From an uncultured Gemmatimonadales bacterium (GTDB lineage: Bacteria; Gemmatimonadota; Gemmatimonadetes; Longimicrobiales; RSA9): 64,000 nt of DNA. Below the pieces are notes generated by a model that did no database searches, was not told where the DNA came from, and was given only the letters and a program-made list of their open reading frames with translations. The DNA is taken from NCBI GenBank assembly GCA_963741945.1, contig CAVUKA010000003.1, positions 668,522 to 732,521 on the forward strand, written 5' to 3'. Shown here piece after piece: positions 27,169 to 35,873 of the stretch (position 1 is its first letter; every line of letters begins with the position of its first letter). The position numbers and the translations under genes were made by a program.

Positions 27169-27293
27169 CCATCCACGCCCATCCACGCCCATCGGCGCCC
27201 CCGGCGCCCCCGGCGCCCCCGGCGCCCCCGGCGCCCCCGGCGCCCCCGGCGCCCCCGGCGCCCCCCGCCCCCGGCGCCCCCCGCCCCCTGCCT
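27169..27293. repeat. Short tandem repeat (10-mer x3, then 9-mer CCGGCGCCC in about 8 copies plus degenerate units)
   Basis: Between two convergent stops (27157 and 27308): ATCCACGCCC ATCCACGCCC ATCGGCGCCC, then CCGGCGCCC reiterated from 27201 to ~27263, followed by degenerate copies. Confidence 0.85.
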
Positions 27294-27307
27294 GACCGCC
27301 CTGCCCG

Positions 27308-28126
27308 TCAGTGCAGGCCGAGCGTATACGTACCGACCTCGAAGTTGTAGTAGCTGGTCGCTTCCACGCGGTAGCAGCCGGGGTCCAGCGTGGTCTGGAT
27401 CTCCGCGTTGCTCGTGGTGTCGCTGGCGTCGTCGTTGGAGTCGAGCAGGTTCCCGGCCTCGTCGTACAGGGCCAGGTAGGCGTCGAACTGGCTGGACGCG
27501 AGCGTCAGGTCCACTTGCCGGGACTCCGCGAGCGTGAAGTGGTACGGCGCGAAGAAGGCGTAGCCGAGCCACTCGTCCGAGGAGTCGAGCACGCCGGAGA
27601 TGTCCTCACCCACCTGGATTTCCGGCAGGTCGGCGCACGTGTACTGGGCATCACCCGCGCCGGTGGGGCAGATCTCCAGCTGCGACAGGTCCGTGTCCGT
27701 GCGGTCCATGGAGATCGTGGAGCCGCCCTCACCCACGGTCAGCTGGTCGGTGGTGGCGCTCAGTGTGATCACGAACGTGTCGGCGGCCGTGCCACCGTGC
27801 GACTGCAGGGTGTAGCTGTTCCCCGTCTGGCTCACGATATCGTACGCGAATCGGCCAAAGCAGTGGGCGGGGTCTCCCTGGTAGGTGACGAGCATGTCCT
27901 GCGTGATGTCGAAGTAGAGCGTCAGCCCACCGGTCGTGCCCTGCCAGGTGCCGATGATGGACTCGTTGCCGGGCGATGGCGACGTGCCGTTGTCGCACGC
28001 TCCCAGCGCCAGCGCCGGAACCAGCAGCATGCCCAGGGCCAGCCGCCGGGCGTGGATGTATGGGTTCCTCAAGGGGCCCTCCGGTGCATTGGGGAGTCGA
28101 GAGTCGGTGGGCGCTGGGCCACGCAA
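27308..28126 (-). CDS. Lipoprotein with C-terminal pre-peptidase C-terminal (PPC)-like domain
   Basis: Lipobox LVPALALGAC. The C-terminal block DAYLALYDEAGNLLDSNDDASDTTSNAEI...GCYRVEATSY resembles PPC/collagenase-type beta-sandwich domains. The start is uncertain (28126 or 28030). Confidence 0.65.
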   Translation of the reverse strand: MRGPAPTDSRLPNAPEGPLRNPYIHARRLALGMLLVPALALGACDNGTSPSPGNESIIGTWQGTTGGLTLYFDITQDMLVTYQGDPAHCFGRFAYDIVSQTGNSYTLQSHGGTAADTFVITLSATTDQLTVGEGGSTISMDRTDTDLSQLEICPTGAGDAQYTCADLPEIQVGEDISGVLDSSDEWLGYAFFAPYHFTLAESRQVDLTLASSQFDAYLALYDEAGNLLDSNDDASDTTSNAEIQTTLDPGCYRVEATSYYNFEVGTYTLGLH

Positions 28127-28243
28127 GCTCCGGTCCCCGCCCCTGTCAACGGTTGATGCGACGGGCCCCTCCCGCCACCTTCAGGCGGCGCGACGCGCGG
28201 ACGGCGTGCGCCGGCCGCAGAAACCGAAGCCGGTGAAGTAGAT

Positions 28244-30550
28244 ATGACGCAGAACATCTCCGCCCGGGTGGCCTCCGAGCTCGGCCTCTCCACCACGCAG
28301 GTGAGCGCTACGCTCCGCCTCTTCGACGAGGGGAGCACCCTCCCGTTCATCGCACGCTACCGGAAGGAGGCCACCGGGGGTCTCGATGAAGTTCAGCTCC
28401 GGGATGTGCGTGACCGCGCGGCCTACCTGACGGAGCTGGAGGAGCGCCGGGCGACGATCCTCGCGTCCATCGAGGAGCAGGGTAAGCTGGACGCCGTGTT
28501 GCGCGCCCGCATCGAGGCGGCGGAGACGAAGCAGGAGCTGGAAGACCTGTACCTGCCGTACAAGCCGAAGCGGCGAACGCGCGCGACCATCGCAAGGGAG
28601 AAGGGGCTCGAGCCGCTGGCCGACGCGCTCTGGGAGAGCGAGCTGGATGACGACGCTGCCGCGGCCGCCGCCGAGGGCTACGTCGACGCGGAGAAGGGGG
28701 TCGAGACTGCGGCCGACGCCCTCCAGGGGGCGCGCGACATCCTGGCCGAGCGCGTGGCGGAGGACGCCGACCTGCGCGGCTGGCTGCGGGACGAGACGCG
28801 GGCGAAGGGCCTCGTCGTTTCGAAGGTGATCCAGGGCAAGGAGTCCACCACGGAGGCGGCGCGCTTCCGCGACTACTTCGACTTCAGCCAGAAGGCCACG
28901 GACATCCCGAGCCACCGCATGCTCGCCATCCGGCGGGGCGAGGCGGAGGAAGTGCTGACGTGGTCCATCGAGGCGCCCGGGGAAGAGCTGCTGGCGGGGG
29001 TCGTCGCCCGCGTGGTGCGGGACCGCCCGGCGCGCGCCCAGATGACGCGGGTGGCGGAGGACGCGTTCAGGCGCCTGCTGACCACGTCGATCCAGACGGA
29101 GCTGCGCCTCGAGCTGAAGGACCGCGCCAATGTGGACGCCATTGACATCTTCGGCCGGAACCTCGAGCAGCTCCTGCTGGCACCGCCCGCCGGCGAGCGT
29201 GCGGTGATCGGGCTCGATCCCGGCTTCCGCACGGGCGTGAAAGTGGCCGTGGTGTCGCGCACGGGCGCGCTCCTGGACACGGACACGCTCTACCTCCACC
29301 AGTCCGACCGCTTCGCCGCCGGGCTGAAAGCGCTCGTCCACAAGCACTCGCCCGACCTCATCGCCATCGGCAACGGCACGGCTTCCCGCGAGACGGACGA
29401 GGCCGTTCGCGGAGCGCTCGACGGCCTCGATGCGTGCCCCGGCATCGTTGTGGTGAACGAGTCCGGCGCCAGCGTCTATTCCGCTTCCGACATCGCCCGC
29501 GACGAGCTCCCGGAGCTGGACGTCTCCCTGCGCGGCGCCGTCTCCATCGCGCGTCGCCTGCAGGACCCGCTGGCGGAGCTGGTGAAGATCGACCCCAAGT
29601 CCATCGGCGTGGGGCAGTACCAGCACGACGTGGATCAGCCGGAGCTGAAGCGCCGCCTCGACGAAGTGGTCCAGATCTGCGTGAACCGCGTGGGCGTCGA
29701 AGTGAACACCGCGTCCCCATCACTCCTCGCCTACATCGCCGGGCTCGGCCCCACGCTCGCCCGCAACATTGTGGCGTACCGCGACTCCAAGGGGGGGCTC
29801 GGCTCCCGCCGCGAGCTGCTGCAGGTCACGCGTCTCGGGCCCAAGGCCTTCGAGCAGGCCGCCGGCTTCCTGCGCATCCGCGCCGCCGAGAACCCGCTCG
29901 ACCGCACTGCCGTCCATCCCGAGCGCTACGACCTGGTCCAGCGCATGGCTGCGGATGTCGGCGTCGCGCTTGACGACCTGGTGGAGAACGAGGCCGCCGT
30001 GTCGCAGATCCGGCTCGACCGCTACGTCTCCGACGACGTGGGGCGCCCCACCCTCGAGGACATCCTCGACGAGCTCCGCCGCCCCGGCCGCGACCCCCGG
30101 GCCACGTTCGAAGCGCCCTCCTTCCGCGAGGACGTCAAGGAGGTGAAGGACCTGCAGAAGGGGATGCAGCTCGACGGTGTGGTCACCAACGTCGTGGCAT
30201 TCGGCGCGTTCGTGGACATCGGCGTCCACCAGGACGGCCTCGTCCACGTCTCCCAGCTCGCCGACCGCTTCATCAAGGACCCCGCCGACGTGGTCCACGT
30301 GGGCGACCGGGTGAAAGTCACCGTCATCTCCGTCGACCTGGAGCGGAACCGGATCGGGCTCTCCATGAAGTCCGACCCCTTCGCAGAACCCGGCCAGCGG
30401 ACGGGCGGCAGCGCCGGCACCGACGCCGGCGGCAGGAACGAAGGCAAGGGCGCCCGCTCCGGTCGGGGTCGCTCCGGCCGGGGGCGCGGGAAGAAGCCGG
30501 CGGTGCCGAAGCCGGGCACGGTGGCGCCGAACGGGATCCGCTTCACCTGA
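28244..30550 (+). CDS. tex: Tex-like transcription accessory protein (S1 RNA-binding domain protein)
   Basis: N-terminus ...LFDEGSTLPFIARYRKEATGGLDE, a YqgF-like core (VIGLDPGFRTGVKVAVV), HhH region, C-terminal S1 domain (GMQLDGVVTNVVAFGAFVDIGVHQDGLVHVSQL), and a basic tail. Confidence 0.93.
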   Translation: MTQNISARVASELGLSTTQVSATLRLFDEGSTLPFIARYRKEATGGLDEVQLRDVRDRAAYLTELEERRATILASIEEQGKLDAVLRARIEAAETKQELEDLYLPYKPKRRTRATIAREKGLEPLADALWESELDDDAAAAAAEGYVDAEKGVETAADALQGARDILAERVAEDADLRGWLRDETRAKGLVVSKVIQGKESTTEAARFRDYFDFSQKATDIPSHRMLAIRRGEAEEVLTWSIEAPGEELLAGVVARVVRDRPARAQMTRVAEDAFRRLLTTSIQTELRLELKDRANVDAIDIFGRNLEQLLLAPPAGERAVIGLDPGFRTGVKVAVVSRTGALLDTDTLYLHQSDRFAAGLKALVHKHSPDLIAIGNGTASRETDEAVRGALDGLDACPGIVVVNESGASVYSASDIARDELPELDVSLRGAVSIARRLQDPLAELVKIDPKSIGVGQYQHDVDQPELKRRLDEVVQICVNRVGVEVNTASPSLLAYIAGLGPTLARNIVAYRDSKGGLGSRRELLQVTRLGPKAFEQAAGFLRIRAAENPLDRTAVHPERYDLVQRMAADVGVALDDLVENEAAVSQIRLDRYVSDDVGRPTLEDILDELRRPGRDPRATFEAPSFREDVKEVKDLQKGMQLDGVVTNVVAFGAFVDIGVHQDGLVHVSQLADRFIKDPADVVHVGDRVKVTVISVDLERNRIGLSMKSDPFAEPGQRTGGSAGTDAGGRNEGKGARSGRGRSGRGRGKKPAVPKPGTVAPNGIRFT

Positions 30551-30645
30551 CGCGCGATCGGGTGGGGCGCGGGATTGACCGGGGGCGCGCGGGCGCGTAG
30601 CCTGGACGGAGCAGGCGTCCGCTCCCCTTCGATCCGGCTGCTACC

Positions 30646-31059
30646 ATGAAAGTGCTCCGACTCACCCGCCGCCCCGGGTCCCTGGCCGTGGTCACCGCCG
30701 CGCTCCTCCTGGCCGCATGCAACCCGCTGGACCTGGGTCACAACACCGTGACTCTCGAGGTCGACAGCGAGGACGGCTCCGCCGTCCGCCTCATCACGTC
30801 CTACGACTTCAGCATCTACTACGAGCAGACCGGGCAGGAGCAGTTCGTCCTGAGCGACGCGGACACCACGTGGGTCGATACGCCGTTCAGTCACGATTAC
30901 GAGCTTTCCCGCACCGGCCGCTTCTACGCCCGCGCCATGGAAGCCGAGAACCCGCAAGCGAGCGTGTCGCTGCGCGCGCTCGTGGATGGGAATGAGATCT
31001 TCTTCCGGGATGTGGTCCTTACTGGCGACGGAACCCAGTTCTACTACCGGCAGCGCTGA
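30646..31059 (+). CDS. Hypothetical lipoprotein
   Basis: 137 aa with lipobox AALLLAAC. GC3-rich codon usage is consistent with coding. No recognisable domain. Confidence 0.6.
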   Translation: MKVLRLTRRPGSLAVVTAALLLAACNPLDLGHNTVTLEVDSEDGSAVRLITSYDFSIYYEQTGQEQFVLSDADTTWVDTPFSHDYELSRTGRFYARAMEAENPQASVSLRALVDGNEIFFRDVVLTGDGTQFYYRQR

Positions 31060-31096
31060 CCCCCCCCACCTGCGTCCGGGACACGCTCCACATTGC

Positions 31097-31126
31097 TTGA
31101 CAGGCCTTCCGTCCGGCTCATATCTT
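31097..31126 (+). promoter_or_regulatory. Sigma70-like promoter for the second susC/susD-like locus
   Basis: TTGACA (31097..31102), 18-nt spacer, TATCTT (31121..31126). It has the same -35 hexamer and spacer length as the promoter at 8057..8086 and would give a ~245-nt leader. Confidence 0.4.
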
Positions 31127-31266
31127 GGGCCTCAACCTGCCGAAATCGATGACCAAAGGGCCGGTTCACCTTCCCCCCGCCGTCGGGCGCGAGCCAGCGG
31201 CGTGCGTGGCCCGCCCTCATAGCAGCTCTAAATAGAAAGCGTTCTCTCCCGGCCAAGGAGGTCACC

Positions 31267-31293
31267 ATGCGTGGCGTTCTCGTCCCGCCTTAG
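31267..31293 (+). other. Candidate 8-codon leader peptide uORF (MRGVLVPP*)
   Basis: AAGGAGG lies 5 nt upstream of ATG 31267, and the ORF ends Pro-Pro-TAG at 31293. It sits in an unusually AT-richer patch of the long leader, 84 nt before the susC-like ATG. Confidence 0.3.
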
Positions 31294-31377
31294 TCGTTGT
31301 GTATCGTCCCGGCACACGGATGTCCCCTGCCCCGCCCCTGGGTAGGTCCGGAGCATCATCCCCCATTGGAGGCGTTT

Positions 31378-34300
31378 ATGAACAGGAGATTTGGTTCGGT
31401 TGTGCTCCTGCTTGCGGCGCTGTTCCTGCCGGCAGCGGTTGCCGCGCAGGGTGCAGTCATCACCGGCACGGTCCACAATCAGTCGATGGAGCCCGTGCGC
31501 GGCGCGGCCGTGTCCGTACAGGGCATGCGCCTGTCGACGGTGAGCAACGAGCAGGGTTTCTACCGCCTGCAGCTGCCCGAGGGCGCGCGCGGGCAGGTCA
31601 CCCTGGCCGTGGAAATCATCGGGTATCGCCCGGCCACCGTGGAAGTGACGGTCACGGGAGGCACGGTCCGCCAGGACATTTCCCTCGTGGAGCAGGCCAT
31701 TGCCCTCGACGAGATCGTGGTCACCGGCACGGCGGGGCGGCAGTCCCGGCGAGCCCAGTCGGCCGTGGTCTCAACGGTGGACGCGGCGCAGGTCGCGCAG
31801 GTCGCCCCCGTCTCGTCCATCACGCAGCTGCTTCAGTCGCGCGTCCCCGGCATGGACGTGCAGGTCTCGGGCGGGAACCTGGGCGGCACGCAGGTGATCC
31901 GCATGCGTGGCCAGGCCTCGCTCACGTTGTCCAACGAGCCGCTCATCTTCATTGATGGCGTGCGTGCGGACCAGCGGAACGGCGCCAACTACTACGCGGT
32001 AGGCGGTCAGGAGACGAGCCGTTTGAACGACCTCCGTCCCGAGGACATCGCGGACATCGAGGTGATCAAGGGCCCCGCGGCCGCCGCGCTCTACGGTGCG
32101 GACGCGTCGGCGGGCGTGATCCAGATCATCACGAAGCAGGGCCAGCAGAATTCGTCATTCTCGCAGACGCTCTCCGCCGAGTACCAGGCGCTCGACTGGG
32201 GCTACTGGACACCGCCGGACAACTGGGCCGCGTGCACCACCTCCGCAGTGGCGAACGCGGACAATCCGTGCTACGGCCAGTCGGTGGGCGCGCTGGTGCA
32301 CGACAACCCGCTGGTGCGGACCGGTGCGATCCAGCAGGGCTACCGCCAGTCGCTGAACTGGTCGGGGACCGGCGGCGGCTCGAACTACGGCTACTACCTC
32401 TCGCTGGGTGGTGACAAGGGCGAGGGCGCCTTCGTCAACAACAAGCAGAACACGCAGTCGGCCCGCGGCAACTTCAACTTCCAGCCGTCGCCCAAGCTGC
32501 GCATCGAGATGGGGATGGGCGTGGTGCGCTCGGATATCCAGCTGCCGCGCAACGACAACGACATCTACGGCTGGCTGGGCGGCGCCATGCTGGGCAACCC
32601 GACCAGCGTGGGCACGTCACGGGACGGCTGGTACGCGCCGAACCGGCAGAACGCCGCCATCGCGGCGTACGAGAACATCAACACGACCATGCGGACCACG
32701 CCGCGTCTCCAGGTCAACTACAGTCCGTATCAGTGGATGACGAACCGGCTGACCATGGGGCTGGACGCCAGCCGGTCCGAGCAGCACTACTTCTACCCGA
32801 AGAACGACAACGGGTGGTACTCGGGCGTGTACAACACCGGGCAGATCGGGCAGGCGCGTCAGAACTATGACCGCTACACCTTCGACTACCTGGGCAACAT
32901 CGCGAACGCGCTGACGAGCACCATCAGTTCGGACCTGTCGCTCGGGACGCAGCTCCTGTACACCCGCTACGACCGGACCAGCGCCACGGGGATCGGGCTG
33001 ACCACGAACGCGGCCAACGCCATCGACCAGGCGGCGCAGACCACGGGCGGGCAGACGTTCAACGAGGAAGCGCAGGTCGGGTTCTTCGGACAGTGGCAGG
33101 TCGGCTTCTCCGAGCGGCTCTACCTCCAGATGGCCGGCCGGATGGACCAGCACTCGGCGTTCGGCGTGAACGCGGACTGGTTCTTCAGCCCGAAGATCGG
33201 CGCCTCCTGGGTGCTGTCCGAGGAGCCTTTCTTCCAGGCACACATGCCGGATCTGATCAGCACGCTGCGCCTGCGGGCCGCGTACGGGACCACCGGCCGC
33301 TCGCCCACGCAGGGCGCGCTGGCCACCTACACCGCGTCCCCGTTCGCCTTCGTCGACCGCAGCGTGGGCTCGGGCGTGCAGGCGGAGGACATGGGCAACC
33401 CCGATCTCAAGCCGGAGCGCGGGACCGAGATCGAGGCGGGCTTCGAGGCCGGTCTCTTCGATGAGCGCCTGGGCCTCGAGCTGACCTACTTCAACAAGGT
33501 CGGCACGGACGTGATCCTGCGGCGGCCGCTGCCGCCGTCGGCGGGCTTCACGGACAACCAGCTGGTCAACATCGGCAAGGTGCTGAACAGCGGCTTCGAG
33601 ATCTCGGCGAACGCCCGCGTCCTGACCGCGAGCGACCTGTCCTGGGATGTCCGCGTGGGCATGAACACCCTCCACAGCGAGATCCAGGACCTGGGCGGCG
33701 TGGAGCCGTACTGGACTGGCTGGGCGCAGCAGAACAAGGAAGGGTACGAGGCGCACGCGTTCTTCACCCGCCAGGTGGAGCACTTCGTCGTCGACGCCAG
33801 CGACCCGCAGGCTTCCATCTGCGGCACGAGCGGCGGCGAGTTCCAGCAGTGCGCCATCGTGACGGCGGAGGAGACGTACAAGGGGCACTACATGCCCACC
33901 TTCGAGGGCAACCTGTCCTCCACTCTCACGTTCCTGCGCAACTTCCGGGTCTATGCGCTGCTGGACTGGAAGAACAACTTCATGATCTACAACAACACGG
34001 ACCAGTTCCGTGAGCGGCAGTTCGGGCAGGGCGAGCGCTGGGTCCGCCGTAACGACCCCACGTTCAACCAGAGCGACGAGGAGCGCCTCCGCCGCTTCGG
34101 GCCGTTCTACTACCTGGACGACCAGGGCAATTACCAGCCCATTTCGGCCGGCAACGTCGACGACGCATACGTGGAGCCGGGTGACTTCACCCGTCTGCGC
34201 GAGGTGTCGCTGCACTACACCATCCCCGACCAGGTCGCGGCCCTGGCCCACGTCTCCGGCGCAACGCTCTCCGTCGGCGGACGCAACCTGGCGCTGTGGA

Positions 34301-34419
34301 CGAAGTACTCGGGCCCGGACCCGGAGGTGTCGCTGTATCTCACCACCGACGAGCGCTCCGACTTCCTGACGCTGCCGTCAGCGCGGAGCGGGTTCGTCAA
34401 GCTCACCTTCCGGTTCTGA
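31378..34419 (+). CDS. SusC/RagA-family TonB-dependent outer-membrane receptor
   Basis: ATG 31378 is preceded by GGAGG. It has a signal peptide ...PAAVAAQ, a carboxypeptidase-regulatory-like domain (ITGTVHNQSMEPVRGAAV), a plug (IADIEVIKGPAAAALYGADASAGVIQIITKQG), and a barrel ending GFVKLTFRF. Confidence 0.92.
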   Translation: MNRRFGSVVLLLAALFLPAAVAAQGAVITGTVHNQSMEPVRGAAVSVQGMRLSTVSNEQGFYRLQLPEGARGQVTLAVEIIGYRPATVEVTVTGGTVRQDISLVEQAIALDEIVVTGTAGRQSRRAQSAVVSTVDAAQVAQVAPVSSITQLLQSRVPGMDVQVSGGNLGGTQVIRMRGQASLTLSNEPLIFIDGVRADQRNGANYYAVGGQETSRLNDLRPEDIADIEVIKGPAAAALYGADASAGVIQIITKQGQQNSSFSQTLSAEYQALDWGYWTPPDNWAACTTSAVANADNPCYGQSVGALVHDNPLVRTGAIQQGYRQSLNWSGTGGGSNYGYYLSLGGDKGEGAFVNNKQNTQSARGNFNFQPSPKLRIEMGMGVVRSDIQLPRNDNDIYGWLGGAMLGNPTSVGTSRDGWYAPNRQNAAIAAYENINTTMRTTPRLQVNYSPYQWMTNRLTMGLDASRSEQHYFYPKNDNGWYSGVYNTGQIGQARQNYDRYTFDYLGNIANALTSTISSDLSLGTQLLYTRYDRTSATGIGLTTNAANAIDQAAQTTGGQTFNEEAQVGFFGQWQVGFSERLYLQMAGRMDQHSAFGVNADWFFSPKIGASWVLSEEPFFQAHMPDLISTLRLRAAYGTTGRSPTQGALATYTASPFAFVDRSVGSGVQAEDMGNPDLKPERGTEIEAGFEAGLFDERLGLELTYFNKVGTDVILRRPLPPSAGFTDNQLVNIGKVLNSGFEISANARVLTASDLSWDVRVGMNTLHSEIQDLGGVEPYWTGWAQQNKEGYEAHAFFTRQVEHFVVDASDPQASICGTSGGEFQQCAIVTAEETYKGHYMPTFEGNLSSTLTFLRNFRVYALLDWKNNFMIYNNTDQFRERQFGQGERWVRRNDPTFNQSDEERLRRFGPFYYLDDQGNYQPISAGNVDDAYVEPGDFTRLREVSLHYTIPDQVAALAHVSGATLSVGGRNLALWTKYSGPDPEVSLYLTTDERSDFLTLPSARSGFVKLTFRF

Positions 34420-34428
34420 GGAGGAGCC

Positions 34429-35775
34429 ATGAACACGACGATCCGAAGCGGTTTCGCCGTCGCGCTCCTCGCCGCCGCAAGTGTGGCGGTCACGGGGTGC
34501 GACAACTTCCTGGATGTGAAGACTCCCTACACGATCGCGGCAGCGAGCGTCGATCCGGTGAACGACGCACTCGCGTTCTCGAGCTCCTCGTGGCAGAACT
34601 ACGTGGAGGCGCTGGGCGATTTCGCGGTCTACGAGGCGTGGTTCACCAACTCGCTGCGCGTGGGCGACACGTTCCCTACGCGGAACGAGTTCGGCCGCCG
34701 ATTCATCGATGACCGTACCAACGGCACGCTTAACACCGAGCTGTGGACGCCCATCTCCACGGCAGTGGCTTCGGCCGAGGACGGCCTGGTCCTGCTCGAG
34801 GAGCTGGATGACAGCAACATCAACCGGACCCGCCTGTACCTGACCTCGGCTTTCGGGTCGCTGACCATGGCCGAGAGCTTCTGCACGGGCGTGATCCGCG
34901 AGGGACCCGGCGCACCGTCGCCGGAGCTGACGAAGTCGCAGATGCTGGAGCACGCCATCGAGCGCTTCCAGCAGACCATCTCCTCCGGCACGGCCAATGG
35001 CACGGCCGACGGGGTGGCGATGGCGAACGCGGCGCGCGTGGGCCTGGCCCGGGCGCACCTGTTCCACGGCGACCTGTCCGCCGTGGCGGGTGACGTGAGC
35101 GCGGTACCGGCCGGTTTCCAGTACAACGCCACGTATGTCGACGACCCGGGCAACCGGGGTCGGCTGGGCAACACGGTGTTCGCGTTCTCCGGGCGCACGG
35201 CCAACCGCGAAAGTGGCGTGGTGGGTCCTGAGTGGCGGGCGCTCGGCCAGGGGGTGGACGTTTCCAGCACGCAGCCGTTCGCCGGCGAGGTCGACGGCGA
35301 TGCACGGGTGAGCTGGCGCTACGAGGGTCGCACGGCGCAGGACGGCGTGCACGCCTTCGTGTTCCAGACCACGCATGACGGCTGGGATGCCCCGCTGGTG
35401 GTGGCCAGTGAGCTCGAGGCGAGATACCTCGTGCAGCAGGCCAGCGGCACGGAAGCGAGCCGGATCGCGCTCATCAACGAGCGACGGGCGGCCAACGGCC
35501 AGCCCACGATGGACGCCGGTGACTTCACCGGCCCGGACGCCGTCCTGGAGGAGCTGCTCTTCCAGAAGAGCCTCGATTTCTGGCTCACGGCCCGCCGCAT
35601 GGCGGACTGGCGCTGGTACACCGGTGACGGTGCCACCGCGCGCGGCACGCATTTCCGGTACGTTCTCGAGCCCACCGATGCCTACTACAAGCCGGAAGTG
35701 GGCGGCATGGGGGACCAGGTGTGTTTCCCGCTGCCGTACAACGAGTACTCGCGGAACACGGACATCAACCGGTAG
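34429..35775 (+). CDS. RagB/SusD-family-like outer-membrane lipoprotein
   Basis: Starts 9 nt after the susC-like stop, with lipobox SVAVTGC. The 448-aa helical protein has a SusD-like C-terminal block (EELLFQKSLDFWLTARRMADWRW). It is divergent from the first SusD. Confidence 0.78.
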   Translation: MNTTIRSGFAVALLAAASVAVTGCDNFLDVKTPYTIAAASVDPVNDALAFSSSSWQNYVEALGDFAVYEAWFTNSLRVGDTFPTRNEFGRRFIDDRTNGTLNTELWTPISTAVASAEDGLVLLEELDDSNINRTRLYLTSAFGSLTMAESFCTGVIREGPGAPSPELTKSQMLEHAIERFQQTISSGTANGTADGVAMANAARVGLARAHLFHGDLSAVAGDVSAVPAGFQYNATYVDDPGNRGRLGNTVFAFSGRTANRESGVVGPEWRALGQGVDVSSTQPFAGEVDGDARVSWRYEGRTAQDGVHAFVFQTTHDGWDAPLVVASELEARYLVQQASGTEASRIALINERRAANGQPTMDAGDFTGPDAVLEELLFQKSLDFWLTARRMADWRWYTGDGATARGTHFRYVLEPTDAYYKPEVGGMGDQVCFPLPYNEYSRNTDINR

Positions 35776-35873
35776 TCACGACAACCAGGCGGGGCGGCGA
35801 GCGCCGCCCCGCCGCTGCCCGGGTGCCCGGCGCGAGCCTCGTCTTGTGCCGGGCACGCCTTTTGGGAGGCGTC

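Noticed and set aside
27169-27293. Possible CRISPR array or coding (PRR)n/(GRR)n repeat protein (track ORFs 26671..27537 and 26895..27572)
   Set aside because: The units are 9-10 bp and directly abutting, with no spacers, so this is not CRISPR. The flanking parts of those ORFs are junk overlapping real convergent genes.
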